In this document: positions 42,560 through 54,772 of the stretch, in pieces | Position numbering within the stretch: position 1 is the stretch's first letter | How the letters are laid out: each line of letters starts with the position of its first letter | Source: Eledone cirrhosa | Taxonomy: Eukaryota | Direction: 5' to 3' | DNA: 64,000 nucleotides | NCBI GenBank assembly: GCA_964016885.1 | Contig: OZ024741.1 | Coordinates: 231,942,001-232,006,000 of the forward strand | The notes under the pieces: generated by a model | What the model was told of the DNA's origin: nothing | Seen by the model: only the letters and a program-made list of their open reading frames with translations | Database searches by the model: none | Position numbers and translations under genes: made by a program

Positions 42560-45500
42560 TCTGTCAACGCCATCAGTCGCAGATTTTGGATACATAGATA
42601 GTTAGTCAACGGCCTCAGTCGCACATTTCGGCGTGCGAGGCTATTCATGAAATTTAAGATGAATTCTATCTCAGACAAAATGCCTCAAATACCGGTCATG
42701 TTGAATAACTAGATATTCTTCTATTCTGGATATTCTTTTGTTCGAATACATAGAGATATCCGACGAAATACATAATTCATTTTACAACAATCTGCTAGAA
42801 ACAGCATGGCTCAACACAACATCAACAACAGCAACATTAGTGGAATATTGAAGAGGAACAACAACGAGAAAGGTCACCAAAATATATACATTTGAAGCTA
42901 CAGAAGAAACCGAAATTATAACTCGCATTTCTCTTGGAGTTGCGAACTTAATGATGATTTATTTAATTGTTATAAAAGGGAAAGAAATCCCTCCGTTGGC
43001 TATATGAACAGAATGAATCTACACTGGGACGAAATACATCCAGAGCTAAATCATTTCACAGCGAAACATTTACGCCAACAAGCGATGTTTGTTGAACGTA
43101 AAAATAAGATAAATATTATTAATTCTGAGTCCCCCAGAACAAATATGGAATCAAAAACATGTACTACTGGTCACCATACTACTATACTTCCTAGCAGCCA
43201 GGTCGAATAGTGCCTTGAAACAACTATGCCTGTAACAAAATCGACACAACGTGTTCCATCCGAGTCTACCTCGACTGTTGTGGAAAATACTATCGATAAT
43301 AATAATAATAAATTGTATAAACAATTGAAAATTCGCCTCAACGAAGTCCTCCAGAGAGAAATTAATTCATGTATAAACGTTTCTCTTGCTGATCGTATTT
43401 AAACAATGATATTTAATAAAATAAAACCAAATAATGAAATATTACGTTTTATTAACGAAATAGAGGGTGAATATTTACGACGGATTAAAACCCTAACATT
43501 TTGACAAATCAACGCCTGATTATATCTCTTAGCAACGACAGTGAAGCATTATCTTGGTGAAAGCAGAGATATTAACAAGAACAAAACACCACCAAAATTA
43601 CTATCATATATAACTAAAATAGAAAAAAAAGATTGTCGACCTACAAAAAACCATAGGATATGTGAAAATGCTACTTACATGAAAACCAAAACAAAACACT
43701 TCACTGCTCACTAAGAACCAGAACTCATCAATATAAGCTGATCACCCTCTAACAAGAATTGGGAGCTGTCAGCCAGAAACGCCGATACCAGAAGGTAGAT
43801 GAAAGAAAAGTGCTTAATAAAAGATTCAAACGAAACCAAACATCAGTCTATAGAGATATGAAGGGAAAAATAATAAGTGTAACTGATGTCCCATCCCAGA
43901 AAGACAGATTCCTTTCGAAGAAAAATATGGGGTGAAAAGAAGAATTTCAACCAAGATGCAGTGTGGCTAAAAGAAATCAAAAAGAACTATTGCTCTTACA
44001 CTTCAACAAAAACATACGAAATAAATGAGGTTACCCTTGAGACTGTGATAGGAAAACTCCAAGATAAGAAAACACCAGGAAGAGACCTGATTGTAGGTTA
44101 CTGGTACAAAAAACTGATATTCTATCGGAGGTATCTTATCGATTTCTACCAACAAGTTCTCAAAGGAGATACACTTATACCAGAATGGTTGACATTAACA
44201 CAAACAATACTGGTCCCCAAAGAACAAAGACACCCACTTGGCAAAATCTACCGACCCATTGCATACCAGAATCTGATGATATAAAATGTATGAAGCCTGC
44301 CTGAATATATTCCTCCAAGATCACTGTGAAAATAATAACATCACAGATGAACAACCAGCTGGAAAGAAAGGGATTTGGGTGTGTGCTGAACAACGCCTAA
44401 TCAACAAAACTGCGATGTTGCGGGTGTGACAACGTAAGAGGAATATGGCTACAGTCTGGCTAGACTAGAGGAAAGCTTTCGATTCTGTTCCCCACTCTTG
44501 GATGATAGAGGCCCTCCAACTTGCTAAAGTTCCTGACATTATTATCAGAGCCATAGAGAAGATGTCTTCTTCTTGGGCGACTATCCTAAAGTTAAAAACA
44601 GAGAAAGAGGACTCTACTTTCACTGATAAAGTAGAATATCACAGGGATATATTTCAAAGAGCCAGTCTCTCTGTGATAATATTTATCCTGTCATTAAACC
44701 CCTTGTCCTTTTTGCTCAAGAAATATGAAGGACAAATCATTGGCTCAGAGGACATAAATACGAACTTAAACTATAATTTGTTTGTGGATGATCTGAAATT
44801 CTACGCCAAAAACATAAATAGGATGAAGAAAAATCTTGACCTAGTTACAACATTTTCAAAAGATATAAAAATGGAGTTTAGCCAAGATAAATGTTCATAT
44901 ATGACTGTAAGTCAGGGAAAAACTACAACCCAATCTAGCAACATTGTTATCAATGGCCTAACTGTTTCGCCGATATCTGATGAAGACTACTACAGATACC
45001 TGGGGATAGATAAGAATATATCCTATAATGGTGTCTGTAATAAGGAACGCGTAACCAGGGAATATTACACCCAGTTAAGAAAAATGTGTTCAACGGAACT
45101 CTCTGCGCACAATAAAACAATGGCTCACAATGTGTTTGCTGTGACTGTCCTAACACCACTAACACCAATGTTTGGAATACTCAATGGGACGATAGGCGAA
45201 ATTCTAGCAATTGGTGTTAGGACTCAAAACATACTAAACAACATTGGAAACTTCCACATCAAGAGTGACATAGACCACCTCTACTTTAAACGTAGGAAGA
45301 GAGGCAGAGGTCTAACATCAGTCTAGACAGCGTTTGAATATCGCATCATATGCCTCCAACAACATCTACGAACCTCAAAGCGTAGGAGCCCGTCTCTCGA
45401 GCACGATTGTCTGCATGAGACAGATAAGATCATGAGAGTTGGTAAGGAACTCCTTGAAAGATATTCCCTGAGTGATAATCAAAAACTCTCTCCGAGGGGT

Positions 45501-45951
45501 TTTGCTCAGCAGAACCGCAGTGAATCCATGGATGAAAAACTGCATGCTCATCAGCAAAAAATCATTCATAGATATGTTGCCAAGAAGCTCCAGAGTGAGA
45601 ATAATATAGATAAACAAAGTAGTCTATCTTGGACCAACAATCGCTATATTAGCTCCCACTTCGAAGGATATGCATTTGCAATCCGAGAACAGGAAATCTA
45701 CATGAAATATTTGATTCACAAAAGATATGGGGATGCAGGAAAAAAACCTGGATATGACAACATGTGCAGACTCTGCAGAATTAACATCGAAGATGTCACC
45801 CATGTCATATGCAGCTGTCCGAAGATGTTACCGTAGTACTATCTACATATGAGGCATAATGTAGTGGACAAAACATTGTACTAACATATCCCAGTGCCCC
45901 GACTGTCTCTCTCTATTGGCAAACATTTGTGAAATTATAAAAGCAAAAGAT
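42560..45951 (+). mobile_element. Decayed R4/Dong-clade non-LTR retrotransposon (RT plus CCHC; restriction-like endonuclease part deleted)
   Basis: KTPGRD..GYWYKK, YRPI, WLD.RKAFDSVPHSW, IFQ..SLS, LFVDDLK, CRLCRINIEDVTHVICSC; flanked by (CATA)n. Confidence 0.9.
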
Positions 45952-46254
45952 CATACATACATACATACATACATAATACATAACTGATGATGGCTGCCCT
46001 CCTCGTTATCGAGTATGGCCCTTGCACGATATTACATTATTGATAATTATTAATTAATTCTATTGTACAATGCCTGTGCATGAAGATTTTTTTAAAGTGA
46101 GGAATGACTGTTCACTGAGCCAATCCCTCTCTCTGAGCGACAGTAACTATAACCCGAAAAGAAGAAAAGATCAACATCATCAGTAACTATCGAGCCGCAG
46201 TTTTTATATCGGAATTATGACATGCATACATACATACATGCATACATACATAAA

Positions 46255-47548
46255 TACTAAATAACACCGGAAACTTCCACATCAACAGTGACATAAACCG
46301 CCTTTACTTGAAATGTAAGCAGAGAGGCAGAGGCCTAACATAAGTCTAGACAACATTTGAATGTCGCATCGTACCTCTCCGACAACATCTACGAACCTCG
46401 AAGCGTAGGAGCCATTTTCTCGAGCAAGTCTATCTGCATGAACAGATAAGATCATGAGTGTTTGGAAGGAACTCCTCGAGAGATATTCCCTGTGTGATAA
46501 TGAAAATCTCACACCAGGGAAGTCGCCCACCAGTATCGCAGTGAATCCATGGGTGAAAAACTGCATACTTATCAGCAAAAAATCATGCATGGTTATGTTG
46601 CCAGGAAGCTCCAGAGTGAGAGTAATATATATAAGGAAAGTAGTCTATCTTGGACCAACAACCGCTATATTGGCTCCCACTTTGAAGGATACACTTTTGC
46701 AATCCAAGAACAGGAGATTAACACGAAATACCTGATTACAAAAGAGATAGGGATGCAGGCAAAACACCTAGATGTGATAACAAGTGCAGACTCTGCAGAA
46801 CTAACATCGAGGATATCACCCATGTCATCAGCAGCTGTCCAAAGATGTCATCGCGGTACTATCTACCTATGAGACATGATGCAGTGACCAAAACACTGTA
46901 CAATGCAGTTCGTAAAACAGATAGTCCCGATAATAAACACATTAAAAGCTACAGCAATGTGGAAGACATCCATGTACATAATATGAAAGAATACTGGTGG
47001 AATGTTCCAGTAAAAACCCCAATAGAATGGAGGCATAACAGATCAGATATTATGATATGGGACAGGGGGAAGACAACATGCACAGTAGTGGAAATTAGCT
47101 GCCCAGCAGATGCCAATAAAATATCAAAGATTAGTAAAAAGGAGAATATTTATGCAGTGATTATTGGGGCACTGGGGTATGTTAGTAACTGCCTCAGTAC
47201 AAATCTTGAGAAGCTAGGCTTCACAGGAACAGAAAGGACACAACTAGTTAGGAAATTACAAGTACAATCGATTAATGGAACAGTAAAAATATGTAAAACA
47301 TTCCAAACATTTTGCATCTAATAACTGCATATACACATGTACTGATGCAAAGCATATACACTTGCACACATACAACTCAAAACATACACATTCACAAATA
47401 CAATAACATCCATATCTACACATGCATGCATACATACATATCTACCTAGTTGATGTTGTGTAAATTCCAATGACTGAGTCTTGTGTCTATGTTAGAAATC
47501 GACTTCTCTCTATTGGTAAAACATTGTGAAATTATAAAACCAGAAGAA
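46255..47548 (+). mobile_element. 5'-truncated R4/Dong-clade LINE with restriction-like endonuclease, in (CATA)n
   Basis: RHDAV, HNRSDIMIWDR..VVEISCP..KKENIY (PD-(D/E)xK-type). Paralogous to 45230-45880; tail followed by a long (CATA)n. Confidence 0.9.
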
Positions 47549-47647
47549 CATACATACATACATACATACACACACACATACATACATACATACATACATA
47601 CATACATGCATACATACATACATACATACATACATACATACATACAT

Positions 47648-48190
47648 GGTGACTGCCAACTCGTTTTCGAGTACGGCCACTACTTTATATCCATGTAGGA
47701 GAACCCCTACCGATGCGCTCAATGAGTGTGACTTTTTATTCAAGCCAGCGACTTGAAAACTCTGGTACAAACACTACACTTGTGACAATTATTGACACTG
47801 TGCTGAGCCCATGGTACCATGTGATGACAAGTGCAGGGAGATCTCCAGATATAAAGCAATGCCTGTGCCGTGAAGCTTTTATAGTGAGCAAAGGCACTGC
47901 ACAGAGCCAGTCCCACTCTCTTAACGAAGATGATATTTACCAAAAAGAAGAACAAGTCAACATCATTGGATACCATCAGGGTTGCAGGTGTTATATCAGA
48001 GTTTTTCCTATTCTAGAATTCTGCCTTAACAAAGGCTAAAGGGTCATCTCTCCCTGTTTCATGGTCGGGTCGTTGGCGACTAAACTGGCAACCCCACCAA
48101 GGTTTCTTGGTGAGGAGGGTAACTTTGGACATCCTGCAAGACTAAAAACCAAACCTGTCAAAGGGCAAAGGAGCTCTTAAGAGTCAATGA
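47648..48190. repeat. Unclassified interspersed repeat in (CATA)n; shorter relative at 45985-46220
   Basis: Shared colinear motifs CTCGTT(T/A)TCGAGTA(C/T)GGCC, TGCCTGTGC.TGAAG, GAGCCA.TCCC.CTCT, AAAAGAAGAA..TCAACATCAT. Confidence 0.55.
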
Positions 48191-48434
48191 CATACATACA
48201 TACATACATACATACATACATACATACATACATACATACATACATACATACATACATACATGCATGCATGCATGCATGCAAGCATGCATTACAATTAAGT
48301 TTGTTTTGAAACAGCGATCGAATTTTGAAACTTAGTAGAAATAGAAGTTTTCGCTTTTTTATTTTAATAAAAACTTTTTCGACAGATGATGGGGCTTATA
48401 AATCTCAAAAAATGGAAAAGGATGAGTATTGACG

Positions 48435-48462
<28 letters not shown>

Positions 48463-48471
<9 letters not shown>

Positions 48472-48888
48472 TAAAAAAATAATGAATAAAACAATGAAAC
48501 AGTTCCTTATATTAAACAAAAACAGTTCATTATTTAACGATCGTTTCTAGGATATATATGTGTTAGAATTGGCATGCATATTCAACAGATCTATGTACAA
48601 AATTATACAAAATTATACAAACTATCAAAATTAAATATACATACCAACACATATATATGCCGTCTTCAGAAATAATTATTTCTGAAGACGGCATATATAT
48701 GTGTTGGTATGTATATTTAATTTTGATAGTTTGTATAATTTTGTATAATTTTGTACATAGATCTGTTGAATATGCATGCCAATTCTAACACATATATATC
48801 CTAGAAACGATCGTTAAATAATGAACTTTTTTTGTTTAATATAAGGAACTGTTTCATTGTTTTATTCATTATTTTTTTAATATTTTAT
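48463..48888. repeat. Spacerless 426-bp palindrome with a long-stem-II hammerhead in each arm
   Basis: Centre at 48675/48676, about one mismatch seen. Plus-strand motif 48676-48821: TTATTT-CTGAAGA-[ATATATATGTGTT/AACACATATATAT stem]-GAAAC-GATC-GTT-AAATAA. Confidence 0.9.
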
Positions 48889-49019
48889 CTTGACTCTGTA
48901 TTCCGTTTATCTTTCACCGAAAGTGATTTTTCATTGCATCTCTTCTTTCCATGATATCCGGATTACATTGAGTTCTTCATACGGATTGGACACTACCGTA
49001 AACTCTTGGTAGATTTATC

Positions 49020-49084
<65 letters not shown>

Positions 49085-49088
<4 letters not shown>

Positions 49089-50097
49089 ATGTATATATAA
49101 TGTATTTTGCAATACACTTAATGCTTAAATAAAAGCATTTTGAAGACCGTATGCTATTGTTTTAGAGTAGTGACAAATTCACTTACTTTAATCTCAGCAA
49201 ACAGGGGAGATAAGCCGACAAGGCCTTGTTTCATTTTTATTGAAGCTTATCAAGGCTAACTACTCCCTCCTGTCTACCGAGATCACTGATGTTATATTCT
49301 TATAGAATTCTAGTAAATAATCAGGAACTGATCATACAGAGCGGTTATTGATCAGGCAGAAATTAAAAATTAGAATTGGAGCTGTGAAATAGCAATATAT
49401 ATATGGATGTATATATAATGTATTTTGCAATACACTTTATGCTTAATTAAAAGCATTTTGAAGACCGTATGCTATTGTTTTAGAGTAGTGACAAATTCAC
49501 TTACTTTAATCTCAGCAAACAGGGGTGATAAGAATATAAAATCAGTGATCTCGGTAGACAGGAGGGAGTAGTTAGCCTTGATAAGCTTCAATAAAAGCGA
49601 AACAAGGCCTTGTCGGCTTATCTCCCCTGTTTGCTGAGATTAAAGTAAGTGAATTTGTCACTACTCTAAAACAATAGCATACGGTCTTCAAAATGCTTTT
49701 AATTAAGCATAAAGTGTATTGCAAAATACATTATATATACATCCATAAATATATTGCTATTTCAGAGCTCAAATTCTAATTTTTAATTTCTGCCTGACCA
49801 ACAACTGCTCTGTATAATCAGTTCCTGATTATTTACTAGAATTCTATAAGAATATAACATCAGTGATCTCGGTAGACAGGAGGGAGGAGTTAGCCTTGAT
49901 AAGCTTCAATAAAACGAAACAAGGCCTTGTCGGCTTATCTCCCCTGTTTGCTGAGATTAAAGTAAGTGAATTTGTCACTACTCTAAAACAATAGCATACG
50001 GTCTTCAAAATGCTTTTAATTAAGCATAAAGTGTATTGCAAAATACATTATATATACATCCATATATATATTGCTATTTCAGATCTCCAATTCTAAT
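49085..50097. mobile_element. Retrozyme-like non-coding tandem repeat (317-nt unit with hammerhead): inverted ~1.4 units followed by direct ~1.8 units
   Basis: Hammerhead AGCC-TTGATAA-GCTT-caataa-AAGC-GAAAC-AAGGCCTT-GTC-GGCT at 49574-49618 (+), repeated at 49892-49935 (+) and 49213-49257 (-). GTC-to-GTC distance 49614 to 49931. Confidence 0.85.
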
Positions 50098-50177
50098 ATA
50101 TTTATATAGAAATATAGTAACAGATTATAAACATTTATATTTGTTGAATTACCAACAAATTGAATATCCCTTTTTCT

Positions 50178-50213
<36 letters not shown>

Positions 50214-50305
50214 AATATCGGAATTAAGAGTATTCCGCAGTTCACAGTAATAATAATAGTATTAGCACAAAAAAAAAATAAAGAATTTTCTTCTGAGCTC
50301 AAATG

Positions 50306-50720
50306 CAAATATATTACATAAAAACGAAGTGTGTTACACAGTGAGAAGTGTGTAAACAATTATTACAAGTGAGTTTTACCGTTGCTGTATAGAGAACAAT
50401 ATCTACAGGTTTAGCAATTAAATAGACAAAAAGTTAGATGTGTCGTGAACAGAATCCACGTTTGCTGACTGAGGATCCTGTGGCCTGTTATACTGCACAT
50501 GTCGGTGGTGAAACGAACGAGATTCGTATCAGCAAACTTATAGTTATAAGGTTGGTAATGTAAAACTCTAATTCAGAGATTTGATTCTGACTTGGTTTTT
50601 TTCTATTTAATTGCTAAACCTGTACATATTTTCTCTATACAGTAACGGTAAAACTCACTTGTAATAATTATTTACACACTTCTCACTGTGTAACACACTT
50701 CTTTTTGTGTAATATATTTG
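50306..50720. mobile_element. ~125-bp inverted arms enclosing a hammerhead (50460-50537, +)
   Basis: Arms 50306-50430 and 50596-50720. Motif: GTTTGCTGA-CTGAGGA-...-GAAACGAA-cgaga-TTCGTA-TCAGCAAAC (9-bp stem I, 5-bp stem III). Confidence 0.85.
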
Positions 50721-50820
50721 AATTATATATATATATATAGTAACAGATTATAAACATTTATATTTGTTGAATTGCCACCAAATTGAATATCCCTTTTGCT
50801 TATGTATCTCTCTCCCTCTC

Positions 50821-50897
<77 letters not shown>

Positions 50898-50902
50898 ATA
50901 TA

Positions 50903-50980
<78 letters not shown>

Positions 50981-51016
50981 CATATAGATAGATATATAGA
51001 TAAATAGATAGATAGA

Positions 51017-51159
51017 TAAGGAAGGCGGTGTGGTAAGGAAACAGATGAACCATAACGCACCAGAGTACTCAATGCTTAGCGTAGTAGAGTGGGTGATAGG
51101 AAAATTATTAAACACGTCGTCGAAACGGCTTGAGCTCTGCCGTCGTGTTTAAACATTTT

Positions 51160-51163
<4 letters not shown>
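51017..51163. mobile_element. Repeat family A, copy 4 (fold-back with hammerhead 3' half)
   Basis: AGGAAAAT..TAAACAC-gtcgtcGAAACGGCTTGAGCTCTGCCGTC-GTGTTTA..ATTTTCCT. Confidence 0.75.
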
Positions 51164-51206
<43 letters not shown>

Positions 51207-51208
<2 letters not shown>

Positions 51209-51320
51209 GATATTAATAAATGGAAACTATATTTATAAAACCATATTTATTTCATTATACATATTTCAGGGACACCAAATTAAATTATGGTATGCCTTCA
51301 TCAGACAAAATACAATATAT
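51207..51320 (-). mobile_element. PLE terminus (30390 family) with hammerhead motif
   Basis: Minus strand: TATTTTGT-CTGATGA-AGG..TACCA..TGGTG..CCT-GAAA-TATGTA-TA-ATGAAATA. Confidence 0.7.
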
Positions 51321-51467
51321 AACAGTTTTACAAATAAGCTTTGACGTACCCTTTTAAAGTGCGACCATTATTAACTTTGCCTTTCATCCATACAGAGGTC
51401 GATAAAATAAAGTACCAGTAATGTACTGGCTAATTACTGGCCTTGTGCCAAAAGTAGAAACAATTAT

Positions 51468-52135
51468 TAAGATAAATGAATTAAATGAATTTAATCTAAA
51501 TCGAAATCATGGGTGTCATGATATAATGCATGCGCCATAAATCCTGAGAATTTAAGCTCAAAGATAAATACATCTGAGCATATTATAATAACTAGAGATT
51601 GATTAACATATAAAAATACATGAATAATCACAGGAGATAATTTAAGCTTGCGTGTAACCGTGCACAACTAGTTTAGGCATGATTTCGATTTAGATTAAAT
51701 TCATTTAATTCATTTATCTTAATTTTGGACTTAGATATATATATACGGCTCCTTAATTGTAGAGCTATTTCTGTTGAGAAGAATTTTGACTGCTATTTCT
51801 AGTTGTCGAATACCTTTTCACGCCACTGAAACGAAACCGCTATCTTGTGTGGACGCAACACGTGGTAACGGATAGTTGAAGATTTGATCTCGCTCTGTAA
51901 GCTCGAATAGCTGGATAATTATCTATTTCCTTGTTGACAATCCAATAATATGCACTTTCTGTGACTTACCATCTGATTAATTGGTGAAATATATTTCTTT
52001 AATGGGATATATACAAGGAAAGTTAATCACTCTTAAAGGTAATCATTGCCTAAACTAGCTATGCGCGGTTACACGCAAGCTTAAATTATCTCCTGTGATT
52101 ATTCATGTATTTTTATATATTAATCAATCTATAGT

Positions 52136-52142
<7 letters not shown>
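51468..52142. repeat. Two overlapping inverted repeats
   Basis: 51468-51511 pairs with 51678-51721, and 51583-51684 pairs with 52041-52142. Confidence 0.75.
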
Positions 52143-52193
<51 letters not shown>

Positions 52194-52556
52194 CTTTATG
52201 TGTTGTGGTTCAACAATGGATAGAACTGGTGATTCCGGTTAGTTAGGCAGGAAGTATTAATAGGAAAACCATTCTACGTTATGAAATTCATCTATTGTCG
52301 ATACTGAATCCCGTGGCTGATGCAGGAACGGAGTTAAATATTAATTTGATTTAAACAACATGCAGCAAGTCTTGTGATATCACTTTAAACTTTTATTGTT
52401 GCAAAAAGGAATATATATTTATTCATGGGATGGATGCGTAAGATCCCGGCAACATCATAAGGTGCACTTTGCATAATTAGGTAATTAATAACAGGAATTA
52501 ATGTAATCATAGTCTTTCGGCATCAGTAAAACATTAATATATATACATATATATAT

Positions 52557-54072
52557 ATATTAATAAAAGGAATTCCAACTTTGTCTGATTAATCGTTTTA
52601 TTTACAATCCTTTAAAGTTGTAATGCTATTAGAATGAAATAGTATGGTAGAATGTGAAATGTTAAGTGTTAATTGAACAAGTACGTTCATGCTTTCGCAA
52701 TCTTCAGGTTCATATTCAGTGGTGACAGTCAAGTTTGCAATGTTCAACTGTAATGAGATGGGTAAATCTTGTGCCTTATATACAGTAAAAATCAGCTACA
52801 GGATGCTAAATTTTGCAAACTGTATTTTGACCGATAGGTGTGTAGTTTCACTGGATTACTAAAGCTGATTGGTTTAGGCGTCATGTCTGGTTGAGCATGT
52901 CTAACGACTTCTATTTAACCCTATACAAAGCATCAAATGTTTTGCTATTTTTAGAAATGATGAAAATAGATTTTCTAGGGTTTTTATATAAAGTCTTCAA
53001 TAATCATCACCATCAACATCACTTTTATTATTATTATTATTATTATTATTGTTGTTGTTGTTGTTAGTGGTGGTAGTCGTCATGGTCGTAGGCGTAGTCA
53101 TAGTAGGAGTAATACACCTAAGCATTATTATTGTTCATTTAGCTTGGGTTGGAATTTATCAATACAATTCTTTTCTATAATTTTTCTCTTGATTTCACTT
53201 GGGCTGTGTAATTTGTAGAATGGAAATATTATAAATATTTTCTGACCATATGTTGCTCGATGGTTACTCAGGGGTATCTAACGGACATTTGGGTCTGTAA
53301 TTTGCTGTCGGTGTACCCGTGCACGTTGCGATAGTGTATTTCCAGTTTGACCGACATACTTCTTCACAATTCGGGCATTTAATGCAGTAAATTAGATTTC
53401 TGCATTTGGAGTTCATATTTGCATTTGGGAATATTTTTCCAGTTTTTGTGTTCATATATTGACCGGTGTGTATGAACTGACATGTGCCACATCGACTATC
53501 ATTGCATTTAGATACAGTGAATGATTGGTCTTTGTTGTTAAGGTCAAATTTTGCCTTTGTTAGTAATTGCTTCACATTTTTCGTCTGTCTTTTGCTAAGT
53601 GTCAAAGATCGGTCTGTGATTAAGCCTTTTAATTCATTACTTTGAGCAATGATCGGTAGATTTGCGTTGGCAGTGTTGAAGATATTCTGGTGACATGGGT
53701 TGTGTGTTTCATCTTCCTTGGGTTGTCCTAAGTTTTTGTATAGGTATTTTTAAACCAATCAGCTTTAGTAATCCAGTGAAACTACACACCTATTGGTCGA
53801 AATACAATTTGCAAAACTTAGCATTCTGTAGCCACATTTCACTGTATATAAGGCACAAAGTTTACCCATCGCATTACAGTTGAAAATTGCTAACTTGACT
53901 GTCACCACAGAATATGAACCTAAAGGATTGCGAAAGCATGAAAGTACTTGTTCAATTAACACTTAATATTTAACATTCTACCATACTATTTCATTCTTAT
54001 ACCAATATAATTTTAAAGGATTGTAAATAAAACATGTAAATCAGACAAAGTTGGAATTCCTTTTATTAATAT
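52557..54072 (-). mobile_element. PLE (Neptune-like GIY-YIG remnant) between a 3' pLTR (52557-52876) and an inverted 5' pLTR (53750-54072), hammerhead in each
   Basis: KRQTKNVKQLL..KCNDSRCGTC..CRNLIYCIKCPNC. Consensus of the two arms: GAAC-CTGAAGA-tTGC-gaaa-GCAt-GAAA-GTAC-TT-GTTC. Confidence 0.88.
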
Positions 54073-54100
54073 AATCCTCTATACACAATCATACACACCC

Positions 54101-54144
<44 letters not shown>

Positions 54145-54567
54145 TAGACACCCTATATATTTCCAGGTGTACTTAGTACCTGTGGGGTATTAACTTCTTT
54201 TAATATTCTCCGTTATGTAGAGAACAAATCTGTTGTTCTATTTAGCTGCTATTTTTAGTGGCGAGGTATACAATGCGTCTATGTTTACTTCCGCTTCTAC
54301 TATGGGCTAGTTCGTGCATATGTCAAAGTTTCGGCCCCATTCGATTCTGTGGTAACTGACAGATGGCAATATATTTTGCCGTTCGTGGGACTTTTTGTCC
54401 TAGGAAAGGAAAATGCTCTCTGATGATCTAAACTTTTCGATTGGAAGTTCCCAATCTTTTGTGAAGTGAAACAGTCAGTAAAAGCAATTGGAATAGGTAA
54501 ATATTTAAATTATATTTTTTTATTTATTTTAAAAAATTGTTTGAATCTTGCTTGCTCCGCTTATCTC

Positions 54568-54611
<44 letters not shown>

Positions 54612-54625
54612 TTTATTATTGGCAG

Positions 54626-54772
54626 GTTGTCCTAAGATGCTCTACGGAAAGACGTGTTTAAGGACGTGTCATTGTGAACCTGAAGGCTTTTGTGAACTGC
54701 TGACAGGTATGTGTCCAAGATGGAAATGCGAACCAGGATATTTTGGTACAAGTTGTCAATTGAAAACGTTCA
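54626..54772 (+). CDS. Host exon encoding a laminin-type/MEGF-like EGF repeat (phase 1-1, 147 nt)
   Basis: GGCAG acceptor and TCA|GTAAGT donor. CPKMLYGKTCLRTCHCEPEGFCELLTGMCPRWKCEPGYFGTSCQ has the C-x-x-x-x-YG-x-x-C-x3-CHC..C..TG.C..C.PG.FG..C pattern. Confidence 0.88.

Noticed and set aside
49085-50097. CRISPR-like or simple satellite interpretation of the repeats
   Set aside because: Eukaryotic context, no short repeat plus unique spacer pattern, no cas genes; the unit is a 317-nt hammerhead-bearing repeat.
52500-52535. CTGATG..GAAAGACTA on the minus strand
   Set aside because: No stem II between the core halves; not counted as a hammerhead.
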